A stretch of 64,000 nucleotides of DNA from Ranitomeya imitator (lineage: Eukaryota): assembly GCF_032444005.1 (NCBI RefSeq), contig NC_091285.1, positions 135,594,001-135,658,000 of the forward strand, in the 5' to 3' direction. The notes under the pieces are model-generated. The model was not told the DNA's origin, ran no database searches, and worked only from the letters and a program-made list of their open reading frames with translations. How positions within the stretch are numbered: the first letter of the stretch is position 1; each line of letters starts with the position of its first letter. Shown piece by piece: positions 24,962-39,261 of this stretch. A program made the translations under genes and the position numbers.

Positions 24962-25225
24962 TCTTGCAATATGACTTAGGATAAAAGCAAAATCAATTTG
25001 TAGACACGGTATTTCAGGCTATTGGCCCTCGTCAGTGCAAAGTATGAGAACTGATTTGGCTAGGTGAGAAGCTCTGGACTGGTGTGTAAGGGAGTAACGT
25101 TTCTTGTTGTGGAGAGTGACATACCGGCTCTGGCATGTCAAGGTAAGGAGGATTATTCGCCATGCAATGCTTCTCTTGGAAATTTAATATGCAAACTGCC
25201 TCTTCAGAGAGAAAGAGGCCTTGAA
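24962..25225 (-). repeat. Diverged partial monomer of the 316-bp hammerhead-bearing family
   Basis: Colinear similarity to the reverse complement of 46206-46530 (ATGACTTAGGATAA, AGTGCAAAGT, GGAGAGTGACAT, TATGCAAA, CTCTTCAGAGAG). Confidence 0.8.
24997..25041 (-). ncRNA. Minimal type I hammerhead motif (diverged copy)
   Basis: Minus strand TTTGCA-CTGACGA-GGGC-CAATA-GCCT-GAAA-TACCGTG-TC-TACAAA: intact core, one mismatch in stem I. Confidence 0.72.
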
Positions 25226-27238
25226 CATGGAGTTACATGAGGGGCAGGTAGCCGGACCCAGGTGCAATGCCGGAGTGGATACCTCTGTGATTGGCTCCAT
25301 GTGCTCTCAGTTCCACGGAGGTGACAGCTCATTTGGATGTTGGGAACAAGACAGTCTCCAAGCTTGTGTGAGGGAAACCACTAATCTGTGATGGCATAAT
25401 CACTGTGGCCTTCTGGTACAGAGGGATATGGAATGTTTTTTGTTGGCCCTTCTACTTTATCAGTGGGTTCATCCTTGTGCACTTTTATTTGTGTGGCAAG
25501 CTGCATGATTTTTATACATTCAAAATGGTCAACATGATCGTGGGTTCATAGAAACTAGTATGCCTTACATCCTCTAATAGACAATCTACATAAAACATCT
25601 GTCATGGGAGGCCTGATGGAAAATTTGAATCCTACCATAATGGGAATTTTATGGACGATGTCAATCTCATCCAGGAATTCATGATTAGAGGATCCAAAGC
25701 AGGGCTAGTCTAGGGGAAATGATCCCTTGTCGTATAAATCCTGACTCATTTATTTGTGCCTCGCTGCAGGTGAAACATTCATTTTTAAAAGACAGCATTG
25801 TTATTCTGACCAAAAAAATTACTTTATTATAATACAGAAATTAGCAAATGCAGTATATTGCGGTAGTGGCCAATTGGGTCAGTTAAGAGACTTCACATGT
25901 TGCATTTAAGAGTAGACCATATAATATCAGAGGCCCACGAACCATTCATCTGTACTAGAATGGAATTTCCCTAAAGGAAAGAAAGAAATTTGGAAAACAA
26001 CCAAACACTGGAGAACAGCTGATGGAGTAGCAATAAAATTTGACATAAATTGCCCATTTATGCTACTCAATAAGATTATTAGCTATTAGCAACTATCCAT
26101 TTCTGCCACTATTGCATTTTGTTACTGTAGCTGTAAGTGGACTAAATACACAAAGCCAAAGAAAGGTGGTACATTCATGCACCAAATGGGTAACCATCAA
26201 AGAAGATATTTTCCTGCCCAACGCTAAACATTTTCCAACTTCAGTGAACCTGCTTTGATGTAGAAATCCACTTAAACAAGATGTGAAGATCCTCATTTCA
26301 AGATGAAAGCCTATGTACGCAGTGACTGGGAGTGTACACCAGAGCTGCCGCTACAGAAGCTTCCTTTTAAGCTTCAGACATTGTTTAACTGGTAATTCAA
26401 GTGGTTTTCTGCAGCGGCATATGCATAGTTTTATCAATTGTGGCACTGTTATTGTTTCCATTTCTAGTCCAACCAGCAATTTTCCAGCACTTGAATATTC
26501 TCCACGGCCCAGTAATACAACTTTTTTTCTTGTGACTCACTGTCTGGCTTAAATTAACATGTCTGACACTAACTAAAAAGCCATGTCATATCATGTGGGA
26601 CAATCAACAGAGATAAAATACATTTTATAGATACTAGGCCTAATTCATCATTTGCAGTTTTTTTATCTACCTCTCTTTTCTTTTTATGTCTTGTGGTATT
26701 CTTTAATATTTTTTTGTGCCAAAGTCTTCAAAATGATGGACACTAATTTTATGCAAAATCAAAAATGCTCTTTATTTCTATGTTTAATCGTTTTTGTAGT
26801 GCAAAAAGTCACATAAATTGCTACATTGTGCAAAGTTTGAACCAAAATATCTGGAACGTAAAATCACTCTAAGGGGCTACTGGAGTACAATAGTGTCAAA
26901 TTTGGTGACTTTTTAAAAAGTTGTAATTTATAAATCACCCGAAATCCTCTTCAAACCTCAAGCCCCATCCAGAATAGAAAAAAAATAATAAACAAAATAA
27001 AATGTGAATACATATAAAATAGGCTTTAAAAAGATGCAGATTAACAGAAAAATTAGGCACAAGTAAAGTACAGGGAAAAAACGCAAAAGAAAATACATAT
27101 TTGAATAAAAAATATTATTCTAGATCAGATTAAAAATGCATATATTAGATACAGTGTGTATTCCTTTAATGCTTTGTGTCCTCATGATTGAAGTAACAGG
27201 CTCTGCATACTCTTATTTGTAATAAGAAAATGCAAGTA

Positions 27239-28873
<1,635 letters not shown>

Positions 28874-28999
28874 TAGTTAGGACCCTTTCATTGATTTGCT
28901 CATGCAGTGCAGGTATATACGATCTATGCATTTCCTAATAAACACGAGCAATACTAAATTCTCCATCTCTGATTTTCAGTTGTCTCTGAGCTAGTGAGT

Positions 29000-29620
29000 T
29001 GATCTGACCTACTATATTGTCATGTAAGTATCCACAGACTTGATACGTTCCTGCTCTCCTGTGTTTATAGAACATATATGCCAGATCATACAAGCACCAC
29101 AACACACGAGGTACCCAGGGTGCGCAGATATGTATCTACGGTTCAGTGCAACAGCAAGTAAACATAGAAACCAAAGAGAGACAGCACTACAAGAACCAAG
29201 TAAAATGTAATTAATTTTTATTAAGGTATAAGTACAAAAACAGTAAAAAAGCAATTAAAAGACAAGGGAAGGGGACAGGAAAGGACAATGGTCACCAAAC
29301 TCAGGCAGTGCGGTATCCACAGGTAGTAACTGCATTAAAGACTATTGTGATGAAATACCATGTACTGAGTACTATCACATATCGTAACACCAGAGCTTGG
29401 CACAGTGCAAAAGTGCATACCAACTAAGTGTTAAATAACGTCAGTGCCATGTATAGCACCCAACCATGCACAGCAAAGCCAGTGGTGATAGAAACCAAAA
29501 GAAATTTTTACATCACCAAAGAATTAGTCCGTCATATTACCTGAGGAGGAGACCACACTGCCAGGAACCCCAACGCGCGTTTCGGCGCGGTGCCTTCTTC
29601 CGGTGCCTTCTTCCTGTGTT
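29000..29620 (-). mobile_element. PLE terminal fragment with a variant hammerhead-like motif at 29568-29603, approximate boundaries
   Basis: Minus strand CGGAAGA-A-GGC-ACCGC-GCC-GAAA-CGCGCG-TT-GGGG; 13-bp tandem duplication GGTGCCTTCTTCC at the junction; AATAAA on minus strand near 29220. Confidence 0.5.
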
Positions 29621-30436
29621 TATGTAGCACCTGTTCAGAAGCTGCAGCATGGAGGACATTGTACACCAGTGCTGAAGAGTAGACAGTAACTGTGAATCAA
29701 GCAACTGTAAAATCCAAGATGGATTTTAGCTGTTTTTCAGCAAAAAGTAACTTCAGGAAGGGAACGTGGCTCATAAGTAGAGAAGGAAGCATATTTCTCT
29801 GATAAAATATATTGCAAAAGTTTTGACATGAAAATTGTATACTTTGTTGCAGAAATTTCTGTGACTGTTCCACATTCATCTGATTATAACTCATGGTAAA
29901 GCATGTGCTTGCCGCCAAAACAAACCAATTCGTATGAATGGAACAGATTTTCAGTTACGCCATCTGTATCTATCTGAATATTTGATTTTAGAAGCTGCCC
30001 TGCTATAATAAATATTTGCTTAAAGGGTTACCCTCATCATTTAAAGACGATATGCCATAAAGGTATGATCGTTGTGGTTCCCTCTGTCACAGAAGATGTG
30101 GCCATACAGTAAATGCAAGATATTTGTGGATCCACAGTCTGAAAAGAGGTGTGGGTCTTTCCATTCAATTATTTGGTAGATCAGAAGATTAGCAAGACCA
30201 GTTGACAATTTTTGGTCATCCCATAGAAATGAATGAAGAGAGCAAATTTTCCTCTAACCGCAGCGCGCAAAGAGGCATTTTCAAGTGGATGCAAGCAGGG
30301 TTGCCACCAGGAATTTCAGGGCCCTATACTGGCAAAAGTTTTGGGCACCCTTGAGACTCCGCCCACGTTCCACCCCAGCTACACCTCCACAACGCGAGCC
30401 ATTATGAGGCTCATGAGTCGGGGGGCCAGCAACGTA

Positions 30437-30787
30437 CAGCTCAGGCAAAAATTAAGACACCACTGCAAAATGTTCAGTTTGTCTGATTTTTCTCTTTATA
30501 GGTATATTTTTGAGTAAAATGTAAATTGTTCTTTTATTCTATAAACTACTGACAACATGTCTCTGAAGTTCCAAGCAATAAATGTTGTATTTATTTTCTG
30601 AAAATGAGAAATGGTCAAAATAACAACAAAAATCATTGCTTGCAGACCTGAAATAATGCAAAAAAAACAAGTTCATAATCATTTAGAAACAACAATACTA
30701 ATGTTTTAACTCTGAAAGAGTTCAGAAATCAATATTTTGGGGAATAACCATGATTTTTAATCACAGCTGTCATGCGTCTTGGCATGC
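30437..30787. mobile_element. Truncated copy of the Tc1-type MITE seen at 4746-5281
   Basis: TA|CAGCTCAGGCAAAAATTAAGACACCACTGCAAAATGTTCAG start, colinear with 4746-5095. Confidence 0.8.
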
Positions 30788-31217
30788 ATGCCACCATGGT
30801 TGACATGGTAATTTGTGTGAGTACAGTGGCTTGTGAGATCCAGCTATAAGTTGGGTCTCACAGGCTGTATCAGTGAGACACTGACTTCTCTTATGCACTG
30901 CAGAACACAAATACTGTACCGTGTATGAGACCAGCAATCAAAGTAAAAGGTGTACATGTTCCACAGTGGATTAAGAAAAAAAAGTGAAAAAAGTTAAATA
31001 AAACCGTAAAGAAGTAAAAAAAACATAAAAGAAAGTGCACACAAATCACTAAAATCCGTTTTACCACTCAAAACGCAGTGTTTGTGATAAAACAAAAATA
31101 AACAAAAAAAGTACACATAATTAGTATCGACACTCCTGGAATGACCCGATTTTATAAAACAGGCATGTTATTGATTTCATATGGTGAACACCATAAAAAA
31201 AACAAAAGTGTCACTTT

Positions 31218-31527
31218 TAGTGATGAGCGAGTACACTCGTTGCTCGGGTTTTCCCGAGCACACTCGGGTTGTCTTCGAGTATTTGTGACTGCTCGGAGAT
31301 TTAGTTTTTGTTGACTCAGCTGCATGACTTATGGCTGCTAGCCAGCCTTAGTACATGTGGGGGTTGCCTAGTCGCTAGGGAATCCCCACATGTATTCAAG
31401 CTGACCAGCAGCCGCAAATCATGCAGCTGAGGCTACGAAAACTAAATCTCCGAGCACTAACAAATACTCGGAGATCACCCGAGCATGCTCGGAAAACCCA
31501 AGCAACGAGTATACTTGCTCATCACTA
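31218..31527. mobile_element. hAT MITE of the TAGTGATGAGCGAG family
   Basis: TIRs TAGTGATGAGCGAGT ... ACTTGCTCATCACTA; same family as 21810-22075; TSD degenerate. Confidence 0.85.
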
Positions 31528-33125
31528 GACTCACTTTTCATCCTAGTGACTCAAAAAATTGAAGAAAAAGCAATCAAAAAGTCATATGTAAAAAAATAGT
31601 ATAAATGTAAACGCCAAACAACCCCGGAAAAAAACAAGCCATAATATGGCTCATTCAGTGAAAAAATATGAAAGTTGCAACTTTCAGAATATGGAGATGC
31701 AAAAACAAATATTATTTTTAGTGTGTAAAAATAGCAAAGCATAAAATTTTTTTATATCTGGTATTGCTATAACCGTACTGATCTGACGGACAAATCAGTC
31801 TTATCACTTTTACCGCATGGTGAACGGCACAAAAAATAAAAAATAAAAACAATAACTGAATTGCTGGTTTTTGTTAATTCTGTTTCTTAAAAATCTGAAT
31901 AAAAATGGATCCAAAAATATTATGTACCCCATTATGGTACCAAAAAAATCCACTACTTTTCCCGCATAAAATAAGCCCTCATACAGCTCTGTTCGACAAA
32001 ATGTAAAAGAGTTACAGCTCTAAGGATATAAAAAAGCATTTTTTACTGTGTGATAGCAACACAACCTAAAAAAAAAATACAGTATAAATCTAATATCTCT
32101 GTAATCGCACCGACCTAAAGAATAAACCTACTTTATCACTTATATAGGAATGGCGCAAAAATAAAAATAAGACCTATTCTTGTACTGCTGTTTATTTGTT
32201 CATTCTGCTTCTCAAAAATCGAAATAAGGCTCGGCTTATATTTTTTTCCTGCGCTCTCGGCTGAGTGCTTATATCGTGAGACTCCATGTACATTCCCCAA
32301 AAGCTCTATAAAGACAAAACCCCGGAAGGAACCACTCACTTATGAGTCAGATGGAGTCACTTTGCACTGGTCTGTGTTCCAGCAGTGTCCCATCATTTTA
32401 GTCATCTTTGTAGCGCACAAGTGTGGACAAGTACAGATCTGTGCACTCCTAAAAAAGATGGACATCACTGGAGCTGATTCCAAACGGAGTATGACGTGTT
32501 TTCATCTGCATCATTATGGTGGGTGGTTCCTTTGGGGATTTCTGAATCAAATGTTTGTGGGATTTACACGGATACTCCAATGTAAGAGCTCAGCGTGGAA
32601 CACAATATTGTGATCTCAGCCTTAAACTGGAAGTGATAAAAAAAATCTTATGAACCCCAAAATGTTACCGGTAAAAATACTAACTCATCCCACATGAAAC
32701 CAGCCCCTACTGACTGGCACTAGAATGCGAACTATAGGGGTTCTCATGTTACTGGCAGAAAAAGCCTATGGAAAAATGACATGGCTCCCGCTCCCTCAAA
32801 TAAAATCCAGTGAATTCTGTGCCCCCAAATCCAAATGCCCTCCTCCTTATGAGCCTCAATGTGCCTAAACCACAGTAAGCGGCCACATGTTTGGCATTAT
32901 TGTAATGGAGAGAAGCACTTAACAATTCATAAGTGTATATCGCTAGAACCACAAGCTGGGCACAATGTGTGGGGGCACTACAATATATGGGGGCTCTACA
33001 TGGAGTACTAGACTGGCAGATTTGCAATTCTCCAGGAAAAAAGCCTGCTGTAGATATTACAAAATAGTCTACAAATGGGTCACTTTTGTTTTTTTACATT
33101 TTTTTTCTGGTGTTCTGGCACCTTA

Positions 33126-33255
33126 GGTTTCTTTCACACTGGCGTCGGTATGCGACCGTCACTAAGCGTCGGCGTGACGTACCGACGGACATTGTGACTT
33201 ATCCCGAAACGACGCATTGCGACAGAGGCCAAATGACGCAAGTGTGAAAGAAGTC
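33126..33255. mobile_element. Short Harbinger-type MITE
   Basis: GGTTTCTTTCACACT ... AGTGTGAAAGAAGTC with TTA/TAA flanks. Confidence 0.6.
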
Positions 33256-33370
33256 TAAGGAGCTCTACAAATGTTGCCTGCAAATTATTCAAGCAAAATC
33301 TGTGCTCCAAAAACCAAATAGCTCTACTTTATTCTCAGCCCTGACATGTGGCATAACACTGTTAGGCTTA

Positions 33371-33862
33371 GGGCTCATACTCACTTGCGAGCAAAACGGA
33401 CGAGTGCAATCCGATAAAAAATTGGATTGCACTTGGACCAATGTTATTCAATAGGTGACATCTCATTTGCAATTTTTTTCTCAGCCGAAATCGGACTGAG
33501 AAAAAAATCGCAGCATGCTGCGATTTGCTGCGAGTCTCGGATGAGAGTCGCCAATGCATGCCAATGGGTGCGAGAAAAAAAACGCACGGAATATGGACCA
33601 TCCGTATTCCATCCGTCTTTTACAGATACCTTACCATTCTGTGGCATAGAACACTGTAAATGGTCCTGTAAATGATTATATAAAAATAGTTGCAGAGAAA
33701 AAAATGCATTACATACGGATGTCATACAGAAGTAAAACGGATGGTGCGATTAAAAATCGCATTGAACTCGCATGACAATCGCATGACAGTCACATAGCTT
33801 GCATCCAATTTTTTCGGTCCAGATTACGGACCATTTTTTTTCTCGCAAGTGGGTATGAGCCC
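33371..33862. mobile_element. Harbinger-type MITE
   Basis: GGGCTCATACTCACTTGCGAG ... CTCGCAAGTGGGTATGAGCCC with TTA/TAA flanks. Confidence 0.78.
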
Positions 33863-36508
33863 TAACAGTAATTTCTGACAACATATGGGGCATTACCGCA
33901 TTCGGGAGAAATTGCACAATAAACTGTGGGACCTAGTTTCACCTTGCAACCCTTCTGAAAAATTTGCAGCAAATACAAACATTACATTTTTACCACTAAA
34001 ATGTCATATTTTCACATCACATCTCACTTTTATAAAATTCTGTGAGGCACCACTGGATTCAAAATACTCACTACACCCCTACATGAAATCCTTGAAGGGT
34101 CTAGTTTCCAAAATGGGGACACTTGTGGGGGTTTCTGCTGTTTTCACATGTCAGGGGCTCTTCAATTGCAACTTGGCATTCACAATCTTGCCCAAGCAAA
34201 CAGCTTTCTTTCATTTCCAAGCCCTGCCATATGCCCAAGCAGAAGTTTTTGACCACATATAGGGTATCATCGTGTTCGGGACAAATTGTGCAACAAATCA
34301 TGGGGCCATTTTTCTCCCATTATCCATTGTGAAAATTATAAAACAGCATTTTCGTGAAAAAAATGAACATTTTCAATATGACTACCTAATGTTATCAAAT
34401 TCTGTGTAGTACCTGTGGGTTGAAAATGCTCACTATACCCCCAAATAAAATCCTTGAGGGATTTAGTTTCCAAAATGAGTTCACTTGTGAGGGGTTTCCA
34501 CTGTTTAGGTGCCTCAGGGGCTCTCCAAACACGACATGATGCCCGCAGACCATTCCATCAAAGTCTGCTTTCCAAAACGTCACTTTTTCCTTTCCGAGCT
34601 TTGCCGTGCACCCAAACAGTAGTTTTCTTCCATATACTGTATGGGGTATTGTCATACTCAGGAGAAATTGCACAACAAATTTTGGGGTCCATTTTTTCCT
34701 ATTATCCGTGTGAAAATAAAAAATTTGGGGCTAAAAGGACATTTTTGTGGGTAAAATGTGATTTTTTATTTTCACAGCTCTACATTGTAAACTTCTGTGA
34801 AGCACTTGGATGTTTAAGGTCTCGATATATTCCTTGAGGTGTGTAGTTTCCAAAATGGGGTCACTAGTTGGGGTTTTCTACTGTTTAGGCACATCAGGGG
34901 CTCTCCAAATGCAACATGGCGTCCACTCTCGATTCCAGCCATTCTTGCATTCAAAAAATAAAGTGGTGTCCCTTCTCTTTTGAACCCTGCCGTGCGCTCA
35001 AATAGTAGTATTCCCCCTCTTATGGGGTATCAGCTTAATTAGTATAAATTGAACAACAAATTTTGGGGTCCATTTTCTGCTGTTACCCTTGTGAAAATAA
35101 CAAAATTGTGGCTAGAAGTATATTTTTGTAAATAAAATGTGATTTTTTTTATTTTCATAGCTCTACTTTTTAAATTTCTGTTTAGGCACATCAGGGGTTC
35201 TACAAATGAGAAATGGTGTCCGCTCTTAATTCCTGCCATATTTGTATTTAAAAAGTCAAACGGTGCTCCTTCCATTCTGAGCCCTGCCTTGCACCCAAAC
35301 AGTGAATTTCCCCCACATATGGGGTATCAGCATACTCAGGAAAAATTGCACAACAAATTTTAGAGTCCATTTTCTCCTGTTAGCCTTGTGAAAATAACAA
35401 ATTTGGAACTAAAGTTACATTTTTGTGAAAAAAATTGAAATGTTCATTTTTTCCTTCCACATTGCTCTAGTTCTGTGAAGCACCTGAAGGGTTAATAAAC
35501 TTCTTGCATGTGGATTTGAGTACTTTGATGGGTGCAGTTTTTAGAATGGTGTCACTTTTGGGTATTTTCTATCATATAGGCCCCCTAAAGTCACTTCAAA
35601 TGGGATGTGATCCCTAAAAAAATGATTGGAAAAATGAGACATTGCTGGTCAACTTTTAACCCTTCTAACGTCCTAACAAAAACAAAATGTTTCAAATATG
35701 ATGCAGAAGTAAAGTAGACATGTGGTAAATATTATTTATTAGCTATTTTGTGTAACATAAGTTTCTGTTTTAAGGGCATAAAAATTAAAAGTTTGAAAAT
35801 TGCTATTTTTTGCCAAATTTACGATATTTTCACAAATAAATGCAAGTCATATCAAACAAATTTTACCAGTATTATGAAGTACAATATGTCACGAGAAAAA
35901 CAATCTCAGAATCAGTGGGATCTGTTGAAGCGTTCCAGAGTTATTACCACATAAAGTGACAGTAGTCAGATTTAAAAAATTTGGCCTAGTCATTAAGGTC
36001 AAAATTGGCTCTGTCACTAAGGGGTTAAGACTATGTGCATAAGCTGCATTTTTGTTATGGAAAACATAACATGTTGTTTATTTTTTCCTTGCAGATTTGT
36101 AGCAGATTGAAATCTGCATAATGTCAATTCTTGCAGGGTATATTTAATCCATATTAATGAGTGGGGGAATAAATTCAAAAAATATGTAAAAAAAAAGTGT
36201 GGAAAAAATGTATTTTATTCAGCGTTTTCCTGCAAACACATTAGTATATGCAGCAGAATTAATTGCAAAGTGTCCTATGCACTCTTCTCCCACTCCCCAA
36301 TAAATTTTAAGTCCCTTATAGTGTCATAATGAATTGTGAGATGGGGGACTTAACATCCTCCTCCACCATCCAAGTTATTTTACATCTGTATCTAACATCC
36401 TCCTCCCCCTGTTCATAAGTCCCTTATATTGTCCTCTCCCTCACAGCCCTCATATTATGCTCTCCCCCACATCCCTCATATTGTCTTCTCCCCTCATCTC
36501 CCCATATA

Positions 36509-38103
36509 CAGTACAGACAAAAAGTTTGGGCACACCTTCTCATTTAAATATTTTTCTGTGTTTTCGTGACTATGAAAATTGTAAATTCACAACTGAAGGC
36601 ATTAAAATTATGAATTAACACGTGTGGAATTATATACTGAACAAAAAAGTGTGAAACAACTGAAACTATGTCTTATATTCTAGGTTCTTCAAAGTAGCTA
36701 CCTTTTACTTTGATGACTGCTTTGCACACTCTTGGCATTCTCTTGATGAGCTTCAGGAGGTAGTCACCGGGAATGGTTTTCACTCCATAGGTGTGCCCTG
36801 TCAGGTTTAATAAGTGGGATTTCTTGCCTTATAAATGGGGTTGGGACCATCAGTTGTGTTGTGCAGAAGTCTAGTGGATACACAGCTGATAGTCCTACTG
36901 AATAGACTGTTAGAATTTGTACTATGGCAAGAAAAATGCAGCTAGGTAAAGAAAAATGAGTGGACATCATTACTTTAAGGAATGAAGGTCAGTCAGTCAG
37001 AAAAATTGGGAAAACTTTGAAAGTGTCCCCAAGTGCAGTTGCAAAAACCATCAAGCGCTACAAAGAAACTGGCTGACATGAGGACCGCAACAGGAAAAGA
37101 AGACCAAGAGTCACCTCTGCTTCTGAGGATAAGTTTAGCCGAGTCACCAGCCTCAGAAATCGCAGGTTAACAGCAGCTCAGATTAGAGACCAGGTCGATG
37201 CCACACAGAGTTCTAGCAGCAGACACATGTCTACAACAACTGTTAAGAGGAGACTTTGTGCAGCAGGCCTTCATGGTAAAATAGCTGCTAGGAAACCACT
37301 GCTAAGGACAGGCAACAAGCAGAAGAGACTTGTTTGGGCTAAAGGACACAAGGAATGGACATTAGACCAGTGGAAATCTGTGCTTTGGTCTGATGAGTTC
37401 AAAAAGGTGAACGGATGGACTCTACATGCCTGGTTCCCACCGTGAAGCATGGAGGAGGAGGTGTGATGGTGTGGGGGTGCTTTGCTGGTGACACTGTTGG
37501 GGATTTATTCAAAATTGAAGGCAAACTGAATCAGCATGGCTACCACAACATCTTGCAGAGGCATGCTATTCCATACGGTTTGCGTTTAGTTGGACCATCA
37601 TTTATTTTTCAACAGGACAATGACCCCAAACACACCTCCAGGCTTTGTAAGGGCTATTTGACCAAGAAGTAGATTGATTGGGTGCTACGCCAGATGACCT
37701 GGCCTCCACAGTCACCAGACCTGAACCCAATCGAGATGTTTTGGGGTTAGCTGAACCATAGAGTGAAACAGAGTGAAGGCAAAAGGGCCAACAAGTCCTA
37801 AGAATCTCTGGGAACTCCTTCAAGATTGTTGGAAGACCATTCCCGGTGACTACCTCTTGAAGCTTATCAAGAGAATGCCAAAAGTGTACAAAGCAGTCAT
37901 CAAAGCAAAAGGAGGCTACTTTGAAGAACCTAGAATATAAGACATATTTTCAGTTGTTTCACACTTTTTTGTTAAGTATATCATTCCACATGTGTTAATT
38001 CGTAGTTTTGATGCCTTCAGTGTGAATGTACAATTTTCATAGTCATAAAAATACAGAAAAATCTTTAAATGAGAAGGTGTGTCCATACTTTGGGTCTGTA
38101 CTG
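36509..38103 (+). mobile_element. Tc1 element with internal deletion (1595 bp)
   Basis: TIRs CAGTACAGAC(A/C)(A/C)AAAGT(T/A)TGG(G/A)CACACCTTCTCATTTAAA; TA TSD (36507-36508, 38104-38105). Confidence 0.94.
36924..37940 (+). pseudogene. Tc1 transposase pseudogene
   Basis: MARK start, [17 protein letters not shown] and SPDLNPIE motifs; stops, frameshifts and a deletion after the first Asp. Confidence 0.9.
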
Positions 38104-38122
38104 TACCTCATACTGTCCTTTC

Positions 38123-38916
38123 TGTTATGGACCTGGTGGTTAAGAGCACCCGGAATGACCTGATGGTTAAACTCACACAGGACAAGCTCTGGGAAGTGGG
38201 AACTCTGCTGACCGCAACCCCTAATCCAATCACACAACTAGAAATAGCCGTGGAGCGTACCTAACACGACCTAGACGCCTCTTCACAGCCTAAGAGCTAA
38301 CTAGCCCTAAAGATAGAAAATAAAGCCTACCTTGCCTCAGAGAAATTCCCCAAAGGAAAAGGCAGCCCCCCACATATATTGACTGTGAGTTAAGATGAAA
38401 GTCACAAACACAGAGATGAAACAGGTTTCAGCAAAGGGAGGCCAGACTTACTAAACAGACTGAGGATAGAAAAGGTATCTTTGCGGTCAGCACAAAAAAC
38501 TACAAAAAACCATGCAGAGTGTGCAAAAAGACCTCCGCACCGACTCACGGTGCGGAGGTGCCACTCTGCATCCCAGAGCTTCCAGCTAGCAAGACAAAAT
38601 CATGATAGCCAACTGGACAAGGAAACAATGAACAAATAATTAACTAGCAGGGACTTAGCTTCTGCTGGAGTAGACAGGTCACCAGAAAGATCCAAGAGCG
38701 AACTGAACCAGTACAAGAACATTGACAGCTGGCATGGAGTAACGATCTGAGTGGAGTTAAATAGAACAACCAGCCAAAGAATAAACTACGTCACCTGTGG
38801 AAGGAACCTCAGAAGCAGCAGCTCCACTCACAGCCACCAGAGGGAGTCCATGGATAGAACTCGCCAAAGTACCATTCATGACCACAGGAGGGAGTTTGAA
38901 AACAGAATTCACAACA
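38123..38916 (-). repeat. 3' LTR (794 bp)
   Basis: Minus strand TGTTGTGAATTC...CCATAACA, preceded by the polypurine tract. Confidence 0.95.
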
Positions 38917-38928
38917 GTACCCCCCTCT
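38917..38928 (-). other. Polypurine tract
   Basis: Minus strand AAGAGGGGGTAC immediately before the 3' LTR. Confidence 0.85.
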
Positions 38929-38949
38929 TGAGGAGGGGGTCACCGAACC

Positions 38950-39261
38950 CTCACCAGAGCCCCCAGGCCGATCAGGACGAGCCAAATGAAAGGCACGAAC
39001 TAGATCGGCAGCATGAACATCAGAGGCAAAAACCCAGGAATTATCTTCCTGACCATAACTCTTCCACTTGACCAGGTACTGGAGTTTCCGTCTCGAAATA
39101 CGAGAATCCAAAATCTTCTCCACCACATACTCCAACTCCCCCTCGACCAACACCGGGGCAGGAGGATCAACGGAGGGAACCATAGGCGCCACGTATCTCC
39201 GCAATAACGACCTATGGAACACATTATGGATGGCAAAAGAAGCTGGAAGGTCCAAACGAAA
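38950..39261 (-). pseudogene. Integrase C-terminus with chromodomain, cut off from pol by a premature stop
   Basis: IHNVFHRSLL (GPY/F region) then EYVVEKILDSR...YLVKWKSYGQEDNSW chromodomain; TAA after EVLNPV at 39262-39264. Confidence 0.9.

Larger units (their letters stand above)
30850..36024. mobile_element. Large non-coding piggyBac-type element with nested MITEs; left boundary approximate
   Basis: Ends ...AAGGGG|TTAA (36025-36028); degenerate internal repeats shared with 1-700. Confidence 0.55.

Noticed and set aside
25570-25775. Possible minus-strand exon with a GTAAG donor
   Set aside because: All frames between the candidate acceptors and this donor contain stops.
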